Assembly: GCA_965200215.1 (NCBI GenBank)
Contig: OZ241369.1
Span: 2,121,534 to 2,185,533, forward strand
Source of the DNA: Alphaproteobacteria bacterium
Lineage (GTDB): Bacteria; Pseudomonadota; Alphaproteobacteria; SP197
DNA length: 64,000 nt
Direction of reading: 5' to 3'
This document shows, piece by piece, positions 46,631 through 57,501 of the stretch. The notes under the pieces are model-generated. The model did not search any database, was not told the DNA's origin, and was given only the letters and a program-made list of their open reading frames with translations. The position numbers and the translations under genes were made by a program. The stretch's first letter is position 1. Each line of letters starts with the position of its first letter.

Positions 46631-47777
46631 AGAAGCGCTTCAGCGCCGGCATGCGGTCGGTCGCCGCCAGTCCCAGGCCGCGGGCCAGCGCCGCCGGCGG
46701 AAAGGCGTTGGAGAACAGGCGGTTCAGGCCGTGGGTGACCGCCACCATCGCCAGCGTGTCGACGCGCCGGCGCCGCGCATAGGCCTCCAGCGGGCCGCCG
46801 TCGCCGGGGTCGAGGCCCAGCCTTCGCCCCGCTGCCAGCTCTTCGACCAGGACGGCGATGGCGCGGATGCCGAGATTGTAGCCCTGGCCGGCGATGGGGT
46901 GGATGGCGTGCGCCGCGTCGCCCACCAGCGCCAGGCGCCGGCCGACGCTGCGATGGGCCAGGGTGAGCGTCAGCGGATAGCTCCACAACGGGCCGACCGG
47001 CGAGACCTCGCCCAGGAAGCCGCCCATGCGCCAGACGATCTCCTCGCGGACGTCCTCGCCGTCGGCCGCCAGCACGGCGGCCGCGATGTCGTCGCTCTCG
47101 GTCCACACCAGCGACGACATGCGCCCGGCCAGGGGCAGGATCGCGAACGGCCCCGAAGGCAGAAAGCGTTCATGGGCGATGCCGCGATGCGTCCGTTCGT
47201 GACGCACGGCGCAGACGATGCCAGTCTGCCCATAGGCCGTCCGCCAGGCGCCGATCCCCGCCATGGCCCGCAGCGGCGAGGCGGCGCCGTCGCAGGCCAC
47301 CGCCAGCGAGCAGCCCAGCCTGGCGCCATCGGCCAGCGTCAGCACCGCGCCGGCCGGGGCTTCCTCCATGGCGGCGACCTCGGCCGGGGCCACCACCCGC
47401 ACCCCGTCCTCGGCCGCCACCGCCGCCGCCAGCGCCCGGCGCAGATGGCGGTTTTCCACGATCCAGCCCAGCGGCTGTTCGCCGACGTCGCTGTGCCGGT
47501 AGTGCAGGAAGAAGGGCGTGGAGCGTTCCGAGACGCGGATCTCCCAGATCGGCTGCGCCCGCGGGGCGACGGCCGGCCACAGGCCCAGCGCCTCCAGCAC
47601 CAGCTTCGACCCGTAGGCGATCGACGAGGCGCGCCCGTCGAAGGCCTCCGCCAGCTGGGCGTCGCGCGCGCGGCGCTCCAGCAGCGCGACGTCGAAGCCC
47701 GCCCGGGCCAGCGCCAGGGCGGCCCCCAGGCCGCTCATGCCGCCGCCGACGACGGCGATCTCGCAGCGCCCGACCAT
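46524..47777 (-). CDS. UbiH/UbiF/Coq6-family FAD-dependent monooxygenase (ubiquinone biosynthesis hydroxylase)
   Basis: N-terminus VVGGGMSGLGAALALARAG, the DG motif (VACDGAASPLR) and GDAAHAIHPIAGQGYNLG. Its 3' end overlaps the MFS gene by ~100 nt (convergent). Confidence 0.85.
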   Translation of the reverse strand: MVGRCEIAVVGGGMSGLGAALALARAGFDVALLERRARDAQLAEAFDGRASSIAYGSKLVLEALGLWPAVAPRAQPIWEIRVSERSTPFFLHYRHSDVGEQPLGWIVENRHLRRALAAAVAAEDGVRVVAPAEVAAMEEAPAGAVLTLADGARLGCSLAVACDGAASPLRAMAGIGAWRTAYGQTGIVCAVRHERTHRGIAHERFLPSGPFAILPLAGRMSSLVWTESDDIAAAVLAADGEDVREEIVWRMGGFLGEVSPVGPLWSYPLTLTLAHRSVGRRLALVGDAAHAIHPIAGQGYNLGIRAIAVLVEELAAGRRLGLDPGDGGPLEAYARRRRVDTLAMVAVTHGLNRLFSNAFPPAALARGLGLAATDRMPALKRFFMRHAMGVLGPAPLPGAAPPAPSAAPPGPPPAARR

Positions 47778-47931
47778 GGCCCATTCAACACCGTCCGGCG
47801 GCGGCGGCCAAGCCGGGCAGCCATTTCAGGAAGGAGTCCAAGGAACGGCCATAATCGACGGGTGGATATGCGATTTCTTGCATTGCGCCCCGCCGCCGTG
47901 CCATACTGGCAGCCGCGCTTTCGGAGGCGGC

Positions 47932-49122
47932 ATGATCAACGACCGGCTGGACCGGCTGCGGGAGTACCCGTTCCAGCGCATGGCGGACCTGATCGCCGGC
48001 ATCGAGCCCGCTGGCGGCCGGCGCGAGGCCATCGCCCTGTGGATCGGCGAGCCGCGCCACGGCGTGCCGGAGCTCTGCCGCCGCCCGCTGGCCGCCGGCT
48101 TCGAGGGCTACGGCGTCTATCCGCCGGTCGAGGGCACGCCCGGCCTGCGCCGCGCCATGGCCTCCTGGCTCGCGCGCCGCTACCGGCTGCCGGCGGGCCT
48201 GGTCGACCCCGACGACGCCGTCCTGCCGCTGCAGGGCACGCGCGAGGGCCTGTTCATGGTGGCGCTGGCGGCGGTGCCGCGCCGCAAGGCGGGGGGCGTG
48301 CCGCTGGCGCTGCTCCCCAACCCCTTCTATCAGCCCTACAAGGCCGGCGCCGTGGCGGCCGGTGCCGAACCCGTCTATCTCTCCTGCACGGCGGCGACCG
48401 GCTTCCTGCCGGATCTCGAGGCCCTGGCGCCGGCGCTGCTGGAGAGAACGGCCATCTTCTATCTCTGCTCGCCCGCCAATCCCCAGGGCGCGGTGGCCGA
48501 TCTGGCCTATTGGCGCCGCGCCGTGGCGCTGGCCCGGCGCTACGATTTTCTGCTGGTGGCCGACGAGTGCTACGCCGAGATCTACGACCGCGCGCCGCCC
48601 ATCGGCGTCCTGGAGGCCTGCGCAGAGGACGGCAGCCTCGCCCATGTGCTGTGCTTCCATTCGCTCTCCAAGCGTTCCGGCGTGCCCGGCCTGCGGTCGG
48701 GCTTCGCGGCCGGCGATCCCGCCTTCGTCGCCGCCTTCCTGCGCCTGCGCAAATACGCCGCCGCCGCCAGCGCCATGGCCCATTACGCCGCCGCCGAGGC
48801 GCTGTGGTCGGACGAGGCGCATGTGGAGGAAAACCGCCGCCTCTACCGCCGCAAGCTCGACCTGGCCGAAAGCATCCTGGCCGGGCGCTTCGGCTTCTTC
48901 CGCCCGCCGGGCGGCTTCTTCCTGTGGCTCGACGTCGGCGACGGCGTCGAGGCCGCGCGGCGGCTGTGGGCCGAGGCGGGCGTGAAGGTGCTGCCGGGCC
49001 GCTATCTGGCGGCCGATGCCGAGGACGGCGGCAACGAGGCCCATGCCTATATCCGCGTCGCCCTCGTGGACGACGTCGAGACCACCGGCGCCGCGCTCGA
49101 GCGGATCGCGGCCACCCTGTAA
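47932..49122 (+). CDS. Class I/II pyridoxal-phosphate aminotransferase (succinyldiaminopimelate transaminase DapC-like)
   Basis: 396 aa with the SLSKRSGVPGLRSGF motif around the PLP-binding Lys. Start at ATG 47932. Confidence 0.8.
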   Translation: MINDRLDRLREYPFQRMADLIAGIEPAGGRREAIALWIGEPRHGVPELCRRPLAAGFEGYGVYPPVEGTPGLRRAMASWLARRYRLPAGLVDPDDAVLPLQGTREGLFMVALAAVPRRKAGGVPLALLPNPFYQPYKAGAVAAGAEPVYLSCTAATGFLPDLEALAPALLERTAIFYLCSPANPQGAVADLAYWRRAVALARRYDFLLVADECYAEIYDRAPPIGVLEACAEDGSLAHVLCFHSLSKRSGVPGLRSGFAAGDPAFVAAFLRLRKYAAAASAMAHYAAAEALWSDEAHVEENRRLYRRKLDLAESILAGRFGFFRPPGGFFLWLDVGDGVEAARRLWAEAGVKVLPGRYLAADAEDGGNEAHAYIRVALVDDVETTGAALERIAATL

Positions 49123-49134
49123 GAGGAGGACGCC

Positions 49135-51405
49135 ATGGCCATCGGCGGCGAAACCGCCCTTTCCACACGCCTCTTTCCGCCCGGCCTGAAGCCCTGGCTG
49201 GCGCGGCGCGCGCGGCAGCTGGCCGGCGGCGCGGCGCTGCTGCTGGCCGCCTGGCTGGCCCTGGCGCTGGCCGGCCACGACGCCGGCGACCCCTCCTTCA
49301 GCCGCGCCACCGGCGCCATGGTGGCCAATCCGGCCGGCGCGGCCGGGGCGGCCGCTTCCGGCCTGCTCTTCGCCTGGGTCGGCCTGGCGGCCTGGCTGGC
49401 GCCGCTGCTGGCGGCCGGCTGGGGGCGGCGGCTGCTGTCCGGTTCCGGCGTGCCGCTGGCGCCCTGGCGGGCGGCGGCGGCGCTGGCGGCACCGGCGCCG
49501 CTGACCGTGGCGCTGACCCTGGCCGGCGGCGGTTCGGCGGGCGGGATCGCCGGCCTGCTGCTGGCGTCGGCGCTGGCCGGCGCCGGCGTCGGCGGCGTCT
49601 GGCTGGCGCCGCTGCTGGCGCTGGCGGGGCTGGCCGCCTTCGTCTTCGCCGCCGCCCTGCTGCCGGGCGACGCCGTCTTCGTCGCCCGCCTGGCGCGCCG
49701 CGCCGGGGCTGGGCTGGCCGCCCTGTGGCGCCGGGAGCGGAGGCGGCCGGCCGCCGCGCCGGCGCCCGCCCCGCCTGCCGAGGCCCCGGTCGCTGTCGGC
49801 GAGGAGAAGCGGGCGGCGCCGGCGCAGAAGCGGCCCCGCCGGCGCCGCGCGGCGCCCACCCTGGCGGCGGCGGACGCGCCGGCCCCGGACGCGGCCTTCG
49901 CGCTGCCGTCCCAGGCGCTGCTGGCCGGGGCCGATCCGCGCCAGCGCCGGCAGGCGAGCGCCGAAGACCTGAAGAACAACGCCCGCATGCTGGAAGGCGT
50001 GCTGGCCGATTTCCGCGTCCAGGGCCGGATCGTCGACGTCCGCCCCGGCCCGGTGGTCACGCTCTACGAGCTGGAGCCGGAGGCCAACATCCGCGCCAGC
50101 CGCGTCATCGGCCTGGCCGACGACATCGCGCGCCGCATGTCGGCGCTGTCCGCCCGCGTCGCCGTGGTGCCGGGGCGGACCGTGCTGGGCATCGAGCTGC
50201 CCAACGCCGACCGCGAGACGGTGGTGCTGCGCGAGCTGCTGGAGACCGGCGATTTCGCCGACAAGGGCCTCCGGCTTCCCATCGCGCTGGGCAAGCGCAT
50301 CTCCGGGGCGCCGGCCATCGAGGACCTGGCCGACATGCCGCATCTGCTGGTGGCCGGCACCACCGGTTCGGGCAAGTCGGTGGCGGTCAACGCCATGATC
50401 CTCTCCCTGCTCTATCGCATGACGCCCGAAGAGTGCCGGCTGATCCTGATCGACCCCAAGATGCTGGAACTCTCCGTTTACGACGACATCCCCCATCTGC
50501 TGGCGCCGGTGGTGACCGAGCCCGGCAAGGCGGTGATGGCGCTGAAATGGGCGGTGCGCGAGATGGAGAGGCGCTATCGCGCCATGCAGAAGGTGGGGGT
50601 GAGGAACATCGACGGCTTCAACCGGCGCGTCGGCGAGGCGCTGGCGGCGGGCGGGCCGCTGCGCCGCCGGGTGCAGACCGGCTTCGACGGCGAAAGCGGC
50701 GAGGCCGTCTTCGAGGAGGAGACGGTGGCCGAGGCGCCGCTGCCCTACATCGTGGTGGTGGTGGACGAAATGGCGGATCTGATGCTGGTCGCCGGGCGCG
50801 ACATCGAAGGCGCCATCCAGCGCCTGGCCCAGATGGCGCGGGCGGCCGGCATCCATCTCGTCATGGCGACGCAGCGGCCCTCGGTGGACGTCATCACCGG
50901 CACCATCAAGGCCAATTTCCCCTCGCGCATCTCGTTCCACGTCACCTCGAAGATCGACAGCCGGACCATCATCGGCGAGATGGGCGCCGAGCAGCTGCTG
51001 GGCCGGGGCGACATGCTGTTCATGCGCGGCGGCGGGCGGCTCACCCGCATCCACGGCCCCTTCGTCGGCGACGACGAGGTGCAGCGGGTGGCCGAGTTCC
51101 TGCGCCGCCAGGGCGCGCCCGATTATGTCGCGGCCGTCACCGAGGAGGCGCCCGAAGCCGCCGCCGACGAGGCGGGCGGCGGCGATCCGGCGGCGGACGA
51201 CAAGGAACAGACGCTCTACGACCGGGCCGTGTTCCTGGTCACCGGCGAGCGCAAGGCGTCGACCAGCTTCGTCCAGCGCCATCTCAAGATCGGCTACAAC
51301 CGCGCCGCCACCCTGATCGAGCGCATGGAGCGGGCCGGCGTCGTCGGTCCCGCCAACCATGTCGGCAAACGCGAGGTGCTGGCCCCGCCGCCCCCGGAGC
51401 TCTAA
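49135..51405 (+). CDS. ftsK: DNA translocase FtsK
   Basis: N-terminal TM segments, a Pro/Ala-rich linker, a motor domain with Walker A (GTTGSGKS) and a C-terminal gamma domain (winged helix). Confidence 0.92.
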   Translation: MAIGGETALSTRLFPPGLKPWLARRARQLAGGAALLLAAWLALALAGHDAGDPSFSRATGAMVANPAGAAGAAASGLLFAWVGLAAWLAPLLAAGWGRRLLSGSGVPLAPWRAAAALAAPAPLTVALTLAGGGSAGGIAGLLLASALAGAGVGGVWLAPLLALAGLAAFVFAAALLPGDAVFVARLARRAGAGLAALWRRERRRPAAAPAPAPPAEAPVAVGEEKRAAPAQKRPRRRRAAPTLAAADAPAPDAAFALPSQALLAGADPRQRRQASAEDLKNNARMLEGVLADFRVQGRIVDVRPGPVVTLYELEPEANIRASRVIGLADDIARRMSALSARVAVVPGRTVLGIELPNADRETVVLRELLETGDFADKGLRLPIALGKRISGAPAIEDLADMPHLLVAGTTGSGKSVAVNAMILSLLYRMTPEECRLILIDPKMLELSVYDDIPHLLAPVVTEPGKAVMALKWAVREMERRYRAMQKVGVRNIDGFNRRVGEALAAGGPLRRRVQTGFDGESGEAVFEEETVAEAPLPYIVVVVDEMADLMLVAGRDIEGAIQRLAQMARAAGIHLVMATQRPSVDVITGTIKANFPSRISFHVTSKIDSRTIIGEMGAEQLLGRGDMLFMRGGGRLTRIHGPFVGDDEVQRVAEFLRRQGAPDYVAAVTEEAPEAAADEAGGGDPAADDKEQTLYDRAVFLVTGERKASTSFVQRHLKIGYNRAATLIERMERAGVVGPANHVGKREVLAPPPPEL

Positions 51406-51444
51406 GGAGCGGGACCGCCGCCCGGAGGCGCCCCCGGAACCGAC

Positions 51445-52368
51445 ATGTTCCAGATCTATCTGCCGATCGCGGAGATGTCCGTCGACATCTTCCTGCTGCT
51501 GGGCATGGGCGGCGTGGTCGGCTTTCTCTCCGGCCTGTTCGGGGTCGGCGGCGGCTTCCTGATGACGCCGCTGCTGATCTTCATCGGCGTGCCGCCGCCG
51601 GTGGCCGTGGGTTCGGAGGTGAACCAGGTGGTGGCCGCCTCGGTCTCCGGCTTCCTGGCCCACTGGCGCCGGCGCCAGGTCGATTTCAAGATGGGCGCGG
51701 TGCTGCTGGCCGGGGGCATGGCGGGTTCGGCCTTCGGCGTCTGGCTGTTCGGCATCCTGCGCCAGATCGGCCAGATCGACCTGGTGATCTCGATCTCCTA
51801 TGTCGTCATGCTGGGGGCCATCGGCGCCCTGATGCTGGCGGAGGCCGCCCGCACCATCCTGCGCCGCCACAACGGCCAGGGCGCCCGCCGCAAGGCCCAT
51901 GTTCACCACTGGGGCCACGGCCTGCCCTTCAAGATGCGCTTCCGCACCTCGCGCCTCTACATCAGCGCCCTGCTGCCGGTGGCGCTGGGTTTCCTGGGCG
52001 GGCTGCTGGCCGCCATCATGGGCGTGGGCGGCGGCTTCATGATGGTGCCGGCCATGATCTATCTGCTGGGCATGCCGGTGGGCGTGGTGATCGGCACCTC
52101 GCTGTTCCAGATCACCTTCGTCACCGCCGCCGCCACCTTCCTGCACGCCATCAACACCCAGACCGTCGACGTGCTGCTGGCCGGCCTGCTGACCCTGGGG
52201 GCGGTGATCGGCGCCCAGCTCGGCACCCGCGTGGGCGCGGAACTGCGGGGCGAGGAGCTGCGCGGCCTGCTGGCGCTGGTGGTGCTGGGGGTGGCGGCGA
52301 CCCTGTTGTGGCGCCTGGTGGCCCAGCCGGCCAGCCTGTTCACGCTGGCCGTGACGGGGGCGCCCTGA
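51445..52368 (+). CDS. TSUP/TauE-SafE family sulfite exporter-like membrane protein
   Basis: 307 aa of duplicated 4-TM halves with conserved Gly-rich motifs. Confidence 0.75.
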   Translation: MFQIYLPIAEMSVDIFLLLGMGGVVGFLSGLFGVGGGFLMTPLLIFIGVPPPVAVGSEVNQVVAASVSGFLAHWRRRQVDFKMGAVLLAGGMAGSAFGVWLFGILRQIGQIDLVISISYVVMLGAIGALMLAEAARTILRRHNGQGARRKAHVHHWGHGLPFKMRFRTSRLYISALLPVALGFLGGLLAAIMGVGGGFMMVPAMIYLLGMPVGVVIGTSLFQITFVTAAATFLHAINTQTVDVLLAGLLTLGAVIGAQLGTRVGAELRGEELRGLLALVVLGVAATLLWRLVAQPASLFTLAVTGAP

Positions 52369-52369
52369 G

Positions 52370-53125
52370 ATGGCCCGCCCGGGCGGGCGGCAGGCGCTGG
52401 CGGTGCTGGCGGCGCTGGCGATGCTGGCGGCCCGCCCGGCGCCGGCGCAGGAGCTGATCGCCGATCTCTCGCACCACGTAATCGAGATCGCCTCCGACTT
52501 CACGGGCACCGAGCTGCTGGTGTTCGGCGCCATGGAGGGGGAAGGCGACATCGTGGCGGTGGTGCGCGGCCCGCGCGAGGCGGTGACGGTGCGCAAGAAG
52601 GCCCGCATCTTCGGCATCTGGATGAACGCCCGCGCCGCCCGCTTCTCTTCGGTGCCGGGCTTCTACGGCATCGCCGCCACGCGGGCGCCGGAAGAGATCG
52701 CGGCCATCGAGACCCGCCGCCTGCTGGAGATGGGGACCGACAGCCTCAGGCTGGACCCGGAGGAGGGCCTGGATGGGGCCACGGTGGCCGAGTTTCGCGC
52801 CGCGCTGGTGGCCGCCCGCCAGGCGGAGGGCCTCTTTCCCGTGCGGCCGGGGCGGGTGGACACGGCGGCCGGCCGGCTGTTCAGGGCGCGCATCCCCTTT
52901 CCCGCCGGGCTGCCCACCGGGCGCTATGTGGCCGATGTCTATCTGATGCGCGACGGCCAGGCGGTGGCGGCGCAGTCGCTGCCCCTGTCGGTGGCCAAGG
53001 CGGGGCTGGGGGCGGCGATCTACGATTTCGCCCACCGCCAGGGGCCGCTCTACGGCCTGCTTGCGGTGGCGGCGGCGGCGGTGGCAGGCTTCGCGGCCAG
53101 CGCCCTGTTCGGCAGGCGCAGATGA
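52370..53125 (+). CDS. Conserved hypothetical periplasmic protein (alphaproteobacterial, TIGR02186-like)
   Basis: Signal peptide plus a C-terminal TM segment. Family assignment is from memory only. Confidence 0.55.
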   Translation: MARPGGRQALAVLAALAMLAARPAPAQELIADLSHHVIEIASDFTGTELLVFGAMEGEGDIVAVVRGPREAVTVRKKARIFGIWMNARAARFSSVPGFYGIAATRAPEEIAAIETRRLLEMGTDSLRLDPEEGLDGATVAEFRAALVAARQAEGLFPVRPGRVDTAAGRLFRARIPFPAGLPTGRYVADVYLMRDGQAVAAQSLPLSVAKAGLGAAIYDFAHRQGPLYGLLAVAAAAVAGFAASALFGRRR

Positions 53126-53138
53126 GGCGGAGGCGGCC

Positions 53139-53645
53139 ATGAGCGGCAACGGCGAGGCGGGCGCCCGGCCACGGGAACACGTCGCCGGGCAGGTGAAGTT
53201 CCTGGTCTGCGTGGACGGCTCCGCCCCCAGCAAGGTGGCGCTGCGCTACGCCTGCCGCCGGGCGCGGAACACCAGCGGGCGGGTGGCGCTGCTGCACGTC
53301 ATCCAGCCGGCGGACTTCCGCCAGTGGCCGGGCGTCGAGGAGATGATGCGCGAGGAACGGCGGACGGAGGCGGAGAGCCTGATCAGCGACATGGCGGCCG
53401 AGGTCAACGCCTGGGCCGGCATCATGCCGGAACTGGTGCTGCGCGAGGGGCGGATCGGCGACGAGATCCTGGGCGCCGTGGACGACGATGCGGCCATCGA
53501 CCTGCTGTGCGTGGGCAGCGACCCGGCGGAGGGGCGGGGAAGGCTGGTCTCGTTCCTGGCCGGGCACCTGGCCGGACGGCTGGCGATCCCGCTGGTGGTG
53601 GTGCCGGGGACGCTGAGCGACGAGAAGATCATCGACATCACCTAG
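53139..53645 (+). CDS. Universal stress protein (UspA family)
   Basis: Usp fold motifs (KFLVCVDGS, VALLHVI, LLCVGS...G). Start assumed at ATG 53139. Confidence 0.75.
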   Translation: MSGNGEAGARPREHVAGQVKFLVCVDGSAPSKVALRYACRRARNTSGRVALLHVIQPADFRQWPGVEEMMREERRTEAESLISDMAAEVNAWAGIMPELVLREGRIGDEILGAVDDDAAIDLLCVGSDPAEGRGRLVSFLAGHLAGRLAIPLVVVPGTLSDEKIIDIT

Positions 53646-53720
53646 GCGGCGCCCGCCCTTGACGGGGCGCGCCCGGCTGCCGACTATGAGGCGCAGCGAG
53701 AGCAAGCCGGGAGAAGCGCC

Positions 53721-54275
53721 GTGTTCATCCAGACCGAGGACACCCCCAACCCGCTGGCCATGAAGTTTCTGCCGGGCCGGGCGGTGATGACGGCCGGCAC
53801 GGCCGATTTCGCCCATCGCGAGGCCGCCCGGCGCTCGCCGCTGGCGCGGCGCCTGTTCGACCTCCACGGCGTGGAAGGCGTCTTCCTGGGGGCGGATTTC
53901 GTGTCGGTGACCAAGAGCGAGGGCGGCGAATGGCAGCTGATGAAGCCCGCCATTCTGGGCGTCATCATGGAGCATTTCGTCACCGGCCGGCCGATGATCG
54001 AAGGCGAGGGCGCGGCGGCCGAGGAGGCCTTCGCCGCCGACGATGCGGAGATCGTCGGCCAGATCAAGGAGCTGCTGGACACCAGGGTGCGCCCGGCGGT
54101 GGCCCAGGACGGCGGCGACATCGTCTTCCGCTCCTATCGCGACGGCGTCGTCTCCCTGGTCATGCAGGGCGCCTGCCAGGGCTGCCCCAGCTCCACCATG
54201 ACCCTGAAGATGGGGATCGAGAACCTGCTGAAGCACTACGTCCCGGAGGTGGTCGAGGTCCGCCCGGTCGCCTGA
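53721..54275 (+). CDS. NifU-family Fe-S cluster scaffold protein (Nfu N-terminal + NifU C-terminal CxxC domain)
   Basis: N-terminus MFIQTEDTPNPLAMKF and a C-terminal GACQGCPSS motif. Confidence 0.85.
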   Translation: MFIQTEDTPNPLAMKFLPGRAVMTAGTADFAHREAARRSPLARRLFDLHGVEGVFLGADFVSVTKSEGGEWQLMKPAILGVIMEHFVTGRPMIEGEGAAAEEAFAADDAEIVGQIKELLDTRVRPAVAQDGGDIVFRSYRDGVVSLVMQGACQGCPSSTMTLKMGIENLLKHYVPEVVEVRPVA

Positions 54276-54316
54276 GGGATGGGCGGCGAAGACGGCGGCG
54301 TGGGTGCGCCCGTTCC

Positions 54317-55228
54317 ATGCGCCGCGCCGCCATCCTCTGCGCTTTGGCGCTGATCGCCGGCCTGGTCGCCTACAGTCTCATCGACCGGCGCGCCGTGCCG
54401 CCGCTGCCGCCCGGGGCGCCGGCGGGGACGGCGCTTCCCGGCGCCGACGGCATCGTGGTCGCCCGCGCCGCCGAGCTGGACGCCATGCTGACCGAGGCGG
54501 GCTTCCGGGTGGCCGAGGTGCGCGCCGGCACGGCGCCGGTGCCGCGCCTCTATGTAGCGGCCGTGCCCGCGGACATGCACGCCATCGCCCGGGGGCCCGA
54601 GAAGAAGCGCATCTTCATCAAGCTGATGCTGCCGCTGATCCTGGCCGCCAACGAGGGCATCCTCGCCGACCGCGCCCGGCTGCTGGCGCTGACCGGGGCG
54701 GTGCGCGACGGCGTGCAGCTGGCGCCGGACGACGCCTCGTGGCTGGGCGAGCTGGCGGCGTTCTACCGCGTCGAGGAGGGCGATCTCGACGCGCTGCTCC
54801 ATCGGGTGGACGCCATCCCGGCCTCGCTGGCGCTGGCCCAGGCGGCCCTGGAGTCGGGCTGGGGCACCTCGCGCTTCGTGCGGGAGGGCAACGCCGCCTT
54901 CGGCCAGCGGGCGTGGAGCGAGGCCGACGGCATGGCCCCGGCCGAACGCCCGCCCGGCCAGGGCCATGTGGTGAAGTCGTTCTCCGGCCTCCATGAATCG
55001 GTCTTCTCCTATCTGGCGAACCTGAACCGCCACCCGGCCTATGCGCATCTGCGCCTGCTGCGCGCCGCCCTGCGCGAGAAGGGGCGGCGCCCGGACGGCT
55101 GGACGCTGGCCGCCGGCCTGGGCGGTTACGCCGAGGAATCCGACTATGTCAGCCTCATCCGGGCGGTGATCCGCCAGAACGGGCTGGCGGATTTCGACAC
55201 CGCCCGCCTGGCGGAGCTGGCCGGCTGA
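54317..55228 (+). CDS. Glucosaminidase domain-containing protein (Bax/FlgJ-like peptidoglycan hydrolase)
   Basis: C-terminal LALAQAALESGWGTSRFVREGNAAFGQRAW matches a mannosyl-glycoprotein endo-beta-N-acetylglucosaminidase-like motif. N-terminal signal/TM segment. Confidence 0.7.
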   Translation: MRRAAILCALALIAGLVAYSLIDRRAVPPLPPGAPAGTALPGADGIVVARAAELDAMLTEAGFRVAEVRAGTAPVPRLYVAAVPADMHAIARGPEKKRIFIKLMLPLILAANEGILADRARLLALTGAVRDGVQLAPDDASWLGELAAFYRVEEGDLDALLHRVDAIPASLALAQAALESGWGTSRFVREGNAAFGQRAWSEADGMAPAERPPGQGHVVKSFSGLHESVFSYLANLNRHPAYAHLRLLRAALREKGRRPDGWTLAAGLGGYAEESDYVSLIRAVIRQNGLADFDTARLAELAG

Positions 55229-55237
55229 GGGACCGGG

Positions 55238-56346
55238 TCAGTCGCTGCCGCCCGGCACCAGGAAGGGCAGGCCCAGCCAGCGGAAGCGGCCATCGCCGGC
55301 GGGGAGCGTGCAGTTGATGCGGCTTCTGCCGGGCGGGAAGGGCCGGTCGAGGCGCAGTTCCACGCGCCGCGCCGGCCTGCGGTCGAGCGCGATGCCGGCC
55401 CCGTTGGACGCAAAGCAGGTCAACCCTTGCAGCGGCCCCGCCGCCTCGCCGACGGTGAAGCCTATCGGCGGCGGGTTGGGCGCGCCGGCGGCGATCGCCA
55501 TGGCGCGCGGCGCCAGGTCGGCGACCGGCAGCGGCAGGGCCTCGACGACGTTGGCGAAGCGCCCGGCCTCGCCATAGCGTTCGTTGAGCGCGAAGCGGGG
55601 CAGCGCGAAGAGGTCGCCGCCGGCCACCGCCACGCCGGAATGCTGGCCGAAGGCGGCGAGATGGCCGGCGTCGCGCACCATGGCCGCCAGCCGCTCGCTG
55701 AACTCGCCATAGGGATAGGCGAAGAGTGTCGGCGCGAAGCCCAGCTCCCGGACGAAGGCGGCCTTCATGCGCGCCAGGTCCCGCGCGATGGCGTCCCGGT
55801 CCATGAAGGCCATGTGGCCGTGGGCGGCGCTGTGGGCGCCGATGGTGGCACCGGCGGCGTGAAGCGCCCGCACTTCGTCCCAGCCGAGCGATCGCGGGCC
55901 GCGGCCCACCGCGTCGGTGTCGACGAAGACGGTGAAGGGCAGCCCGGCCGCCCGCAGCCGCGGCGCCGCCTCGGTGGCGATGGAACGGGCGACGTCGTCG
56001 ATGGTGATGGCGACGCTGCGCTCGGGCAGGGGAGCGCCTGTGGCCAGGGCGCGGACGACCTCGCCCAGCGGCAGCACCGTGTAGGGGCCGGCGGCGAGCA
56101 GCTCCAGATGCCGTTCGAACTGGTCGAGGCGGATGTTGGTGGAAGGCAGGTCGTCCTCGCCGAAGCGGTGATACATCAGGACCACCGCCGCCGGCGGCTC
56201 GGCGGCGCCGGCGGGCAGGGCGGCAGCGGCGGCCAGCAGCGCCAGCGCAAGGGCGCAGCGCGATCTCTCCAGGAACGACCGCCTCGCGGGCCGCCCCGGT
56301 ACCGGCGGCCGCAGCCCCGACCGGCCATGGCGCGCCAGCCTGTCCA
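55238..56346 (-). CDS. Polysaccharide deacetylase family protein (secreted)
   Basis: NodB-homology motifs (TIDDV, HSAAHGHM) with a signal peptide. The start is uncertain; GTG 56346 is assumed so as not to overlap the upstream gene, whereas the track ORF runs to 56689. Confidence 0.75.
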
Positions 56347-56349
56347 CGG

Positions 56350-56907
56350 TCAGGCCATCATGCCGGCGCCGGCCTCGCGGTCGGTCAGCAGCGGGTAGCG
56401 GCGAGGGTCGAAAAGCTGGTAATGCCACCATTCCCTGACATACCAGTCGAAACCGGCGGCCGTCATGATCCCCAGCAGCAGCAGGCGCCGCGCCCGCTGT
56501 TCGGGCGCGATGCCGGGGGCGTCGTGGTGGCCGTTTTCGCCCAGCTCGTCCACCGGCCCGCCCATGTCGAGCTCGGCGCCCGCAGCGTCGATCAGGGTGA
56601 CGTCCACCGCCACGCCGCGGCTGTGCGGCGAGCCCTTGCGCGGATGGGCGACATAGTTCGCGTCCGGACAGGCCTGCCACAGCGCCCATTGCGCTTCCAC
56701 CGGGCGGAAGGCGTCGGCGATCTTCAGGCGCAGCCCCTGCTCGCCGGCCAGGGCGACGGCGCGGGCGAGGCAGGCGGCGGCGTCGGGGTGCAGCAGGCAG
56801 CGGGGGCGGCGGTAGAGGCGGCGGCCGGCGATGTTGTCGCGGCGGCCGTAGAGGAGGTCCACCGCCAGGTCCCAGCCGGGCGGGGCGATCTCCTGCAGGG
56901 CTGCCAT
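56350..56907 (-). CDS. D-alanyl-D-alanine dipeptidase (M15D, VanX/DdpX-like)
   Basis: 185 aa with SxHxxGxAxD zinc-ligand motifs (SPHSRGVAVDV) and a C-terminal WWHY. Confidence 0.8.
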   Translation of the reverse strand: MAALQEIAPPGWDLAVDLLYGRRDNIAGRRLYRRPRCLLHPDAAACLARAVALAGEQGLRLKIADAFRPVEAQWALWQACPDANYVAHPRKGSPHSRGVAVDVTLIDAAGAELDMGGPVDELGENGHHDAPGIAPEQRARRLLLLGIMTAAGFDWYVREWWHYQLFDPRRYPLLTDREAGAGMMA

Positions 56908-56932
56908 GGCGCCGTGCCGCGCTCCCCGCCGC

Positions 56933-57187
56933 TCACGACTTCCGCAGCCGCAGCCGCCAGATGCGCGCGCCTTCCGTCTCCGGTGCCAGCGAGAGCACGG
57001 CGTGGCCGTGCTCCTCCACCGCGCGCGGCACGTTCTTCAGCGGCTCGCCGTCGTTCAGCCGCACCTCGGCGGTCTGGCCCGGCGTCATCTTCTCGATCAG
57101 CAGCCTGGTCTTGACGAAGGTCAGCGGGCAGACGTCCGGCGTGATGTCGAGGAACAGGTCGGGCGGCGGGCTTCCGGCGTCCGTCAC
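56933..57187 (-). CDS. TusA-like sulfurtransferase (SirA/YedF/YeeD family)
   Basis: 84 aa with the CPxP motif (CPLTFV). Confidence 0.75.
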   Translation of the reverse strand: MTDAGSPPPDLFLDITPDVCPLTFVKTRLLIEKMTPGQTAEVRLNDGEPLKNVPRAVEEHGHAVLSLAPETEGARIWRLRLRKS

Positions 57188-57501
57188 AAGGCACCTCCCC
57201 GGGCGCTTTCCTGGAACGGCGGGCCCATCCTAGGCGGGCAGCACCGGGGCGGGCAATCCGGTAGTGTCTCGGTTTGCAATTTCGAGGCTGCTCGCTGCGT
57301 GGCGCGCGCGGTGGCGGTGCCTGGCGGCGGGGTTCGGTGCGTCGACGGGCCTTGCGGCCCGTTTGCCGGCGGGACACCGGCGCTCCCAGGGCGGCGGTGC
57401 CTGGGGGTGCCGGATGGTGGGGCGGTGCCCGGCGGCGGTGCTCCCAGGGGGCGGCGGCCGGTGCGCCGGGCCCTCCCGCGCCGTGGTTCTTCGGGCGCCG
57501 G

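Noticed and set aside
46620-52617. 1945-aa plus-strand ORF (46620-52457) and 1610-aa minus-strand ORF (47785-52617).
   Set aside because: Both are frame artefacts of GC-rich sequence. The real genes are the aminotransferase (47932-49122), ftsK (49135-51405) and TauE (51445-52368) on the plus strand and ubiH (46524-47777) on the minus strand.
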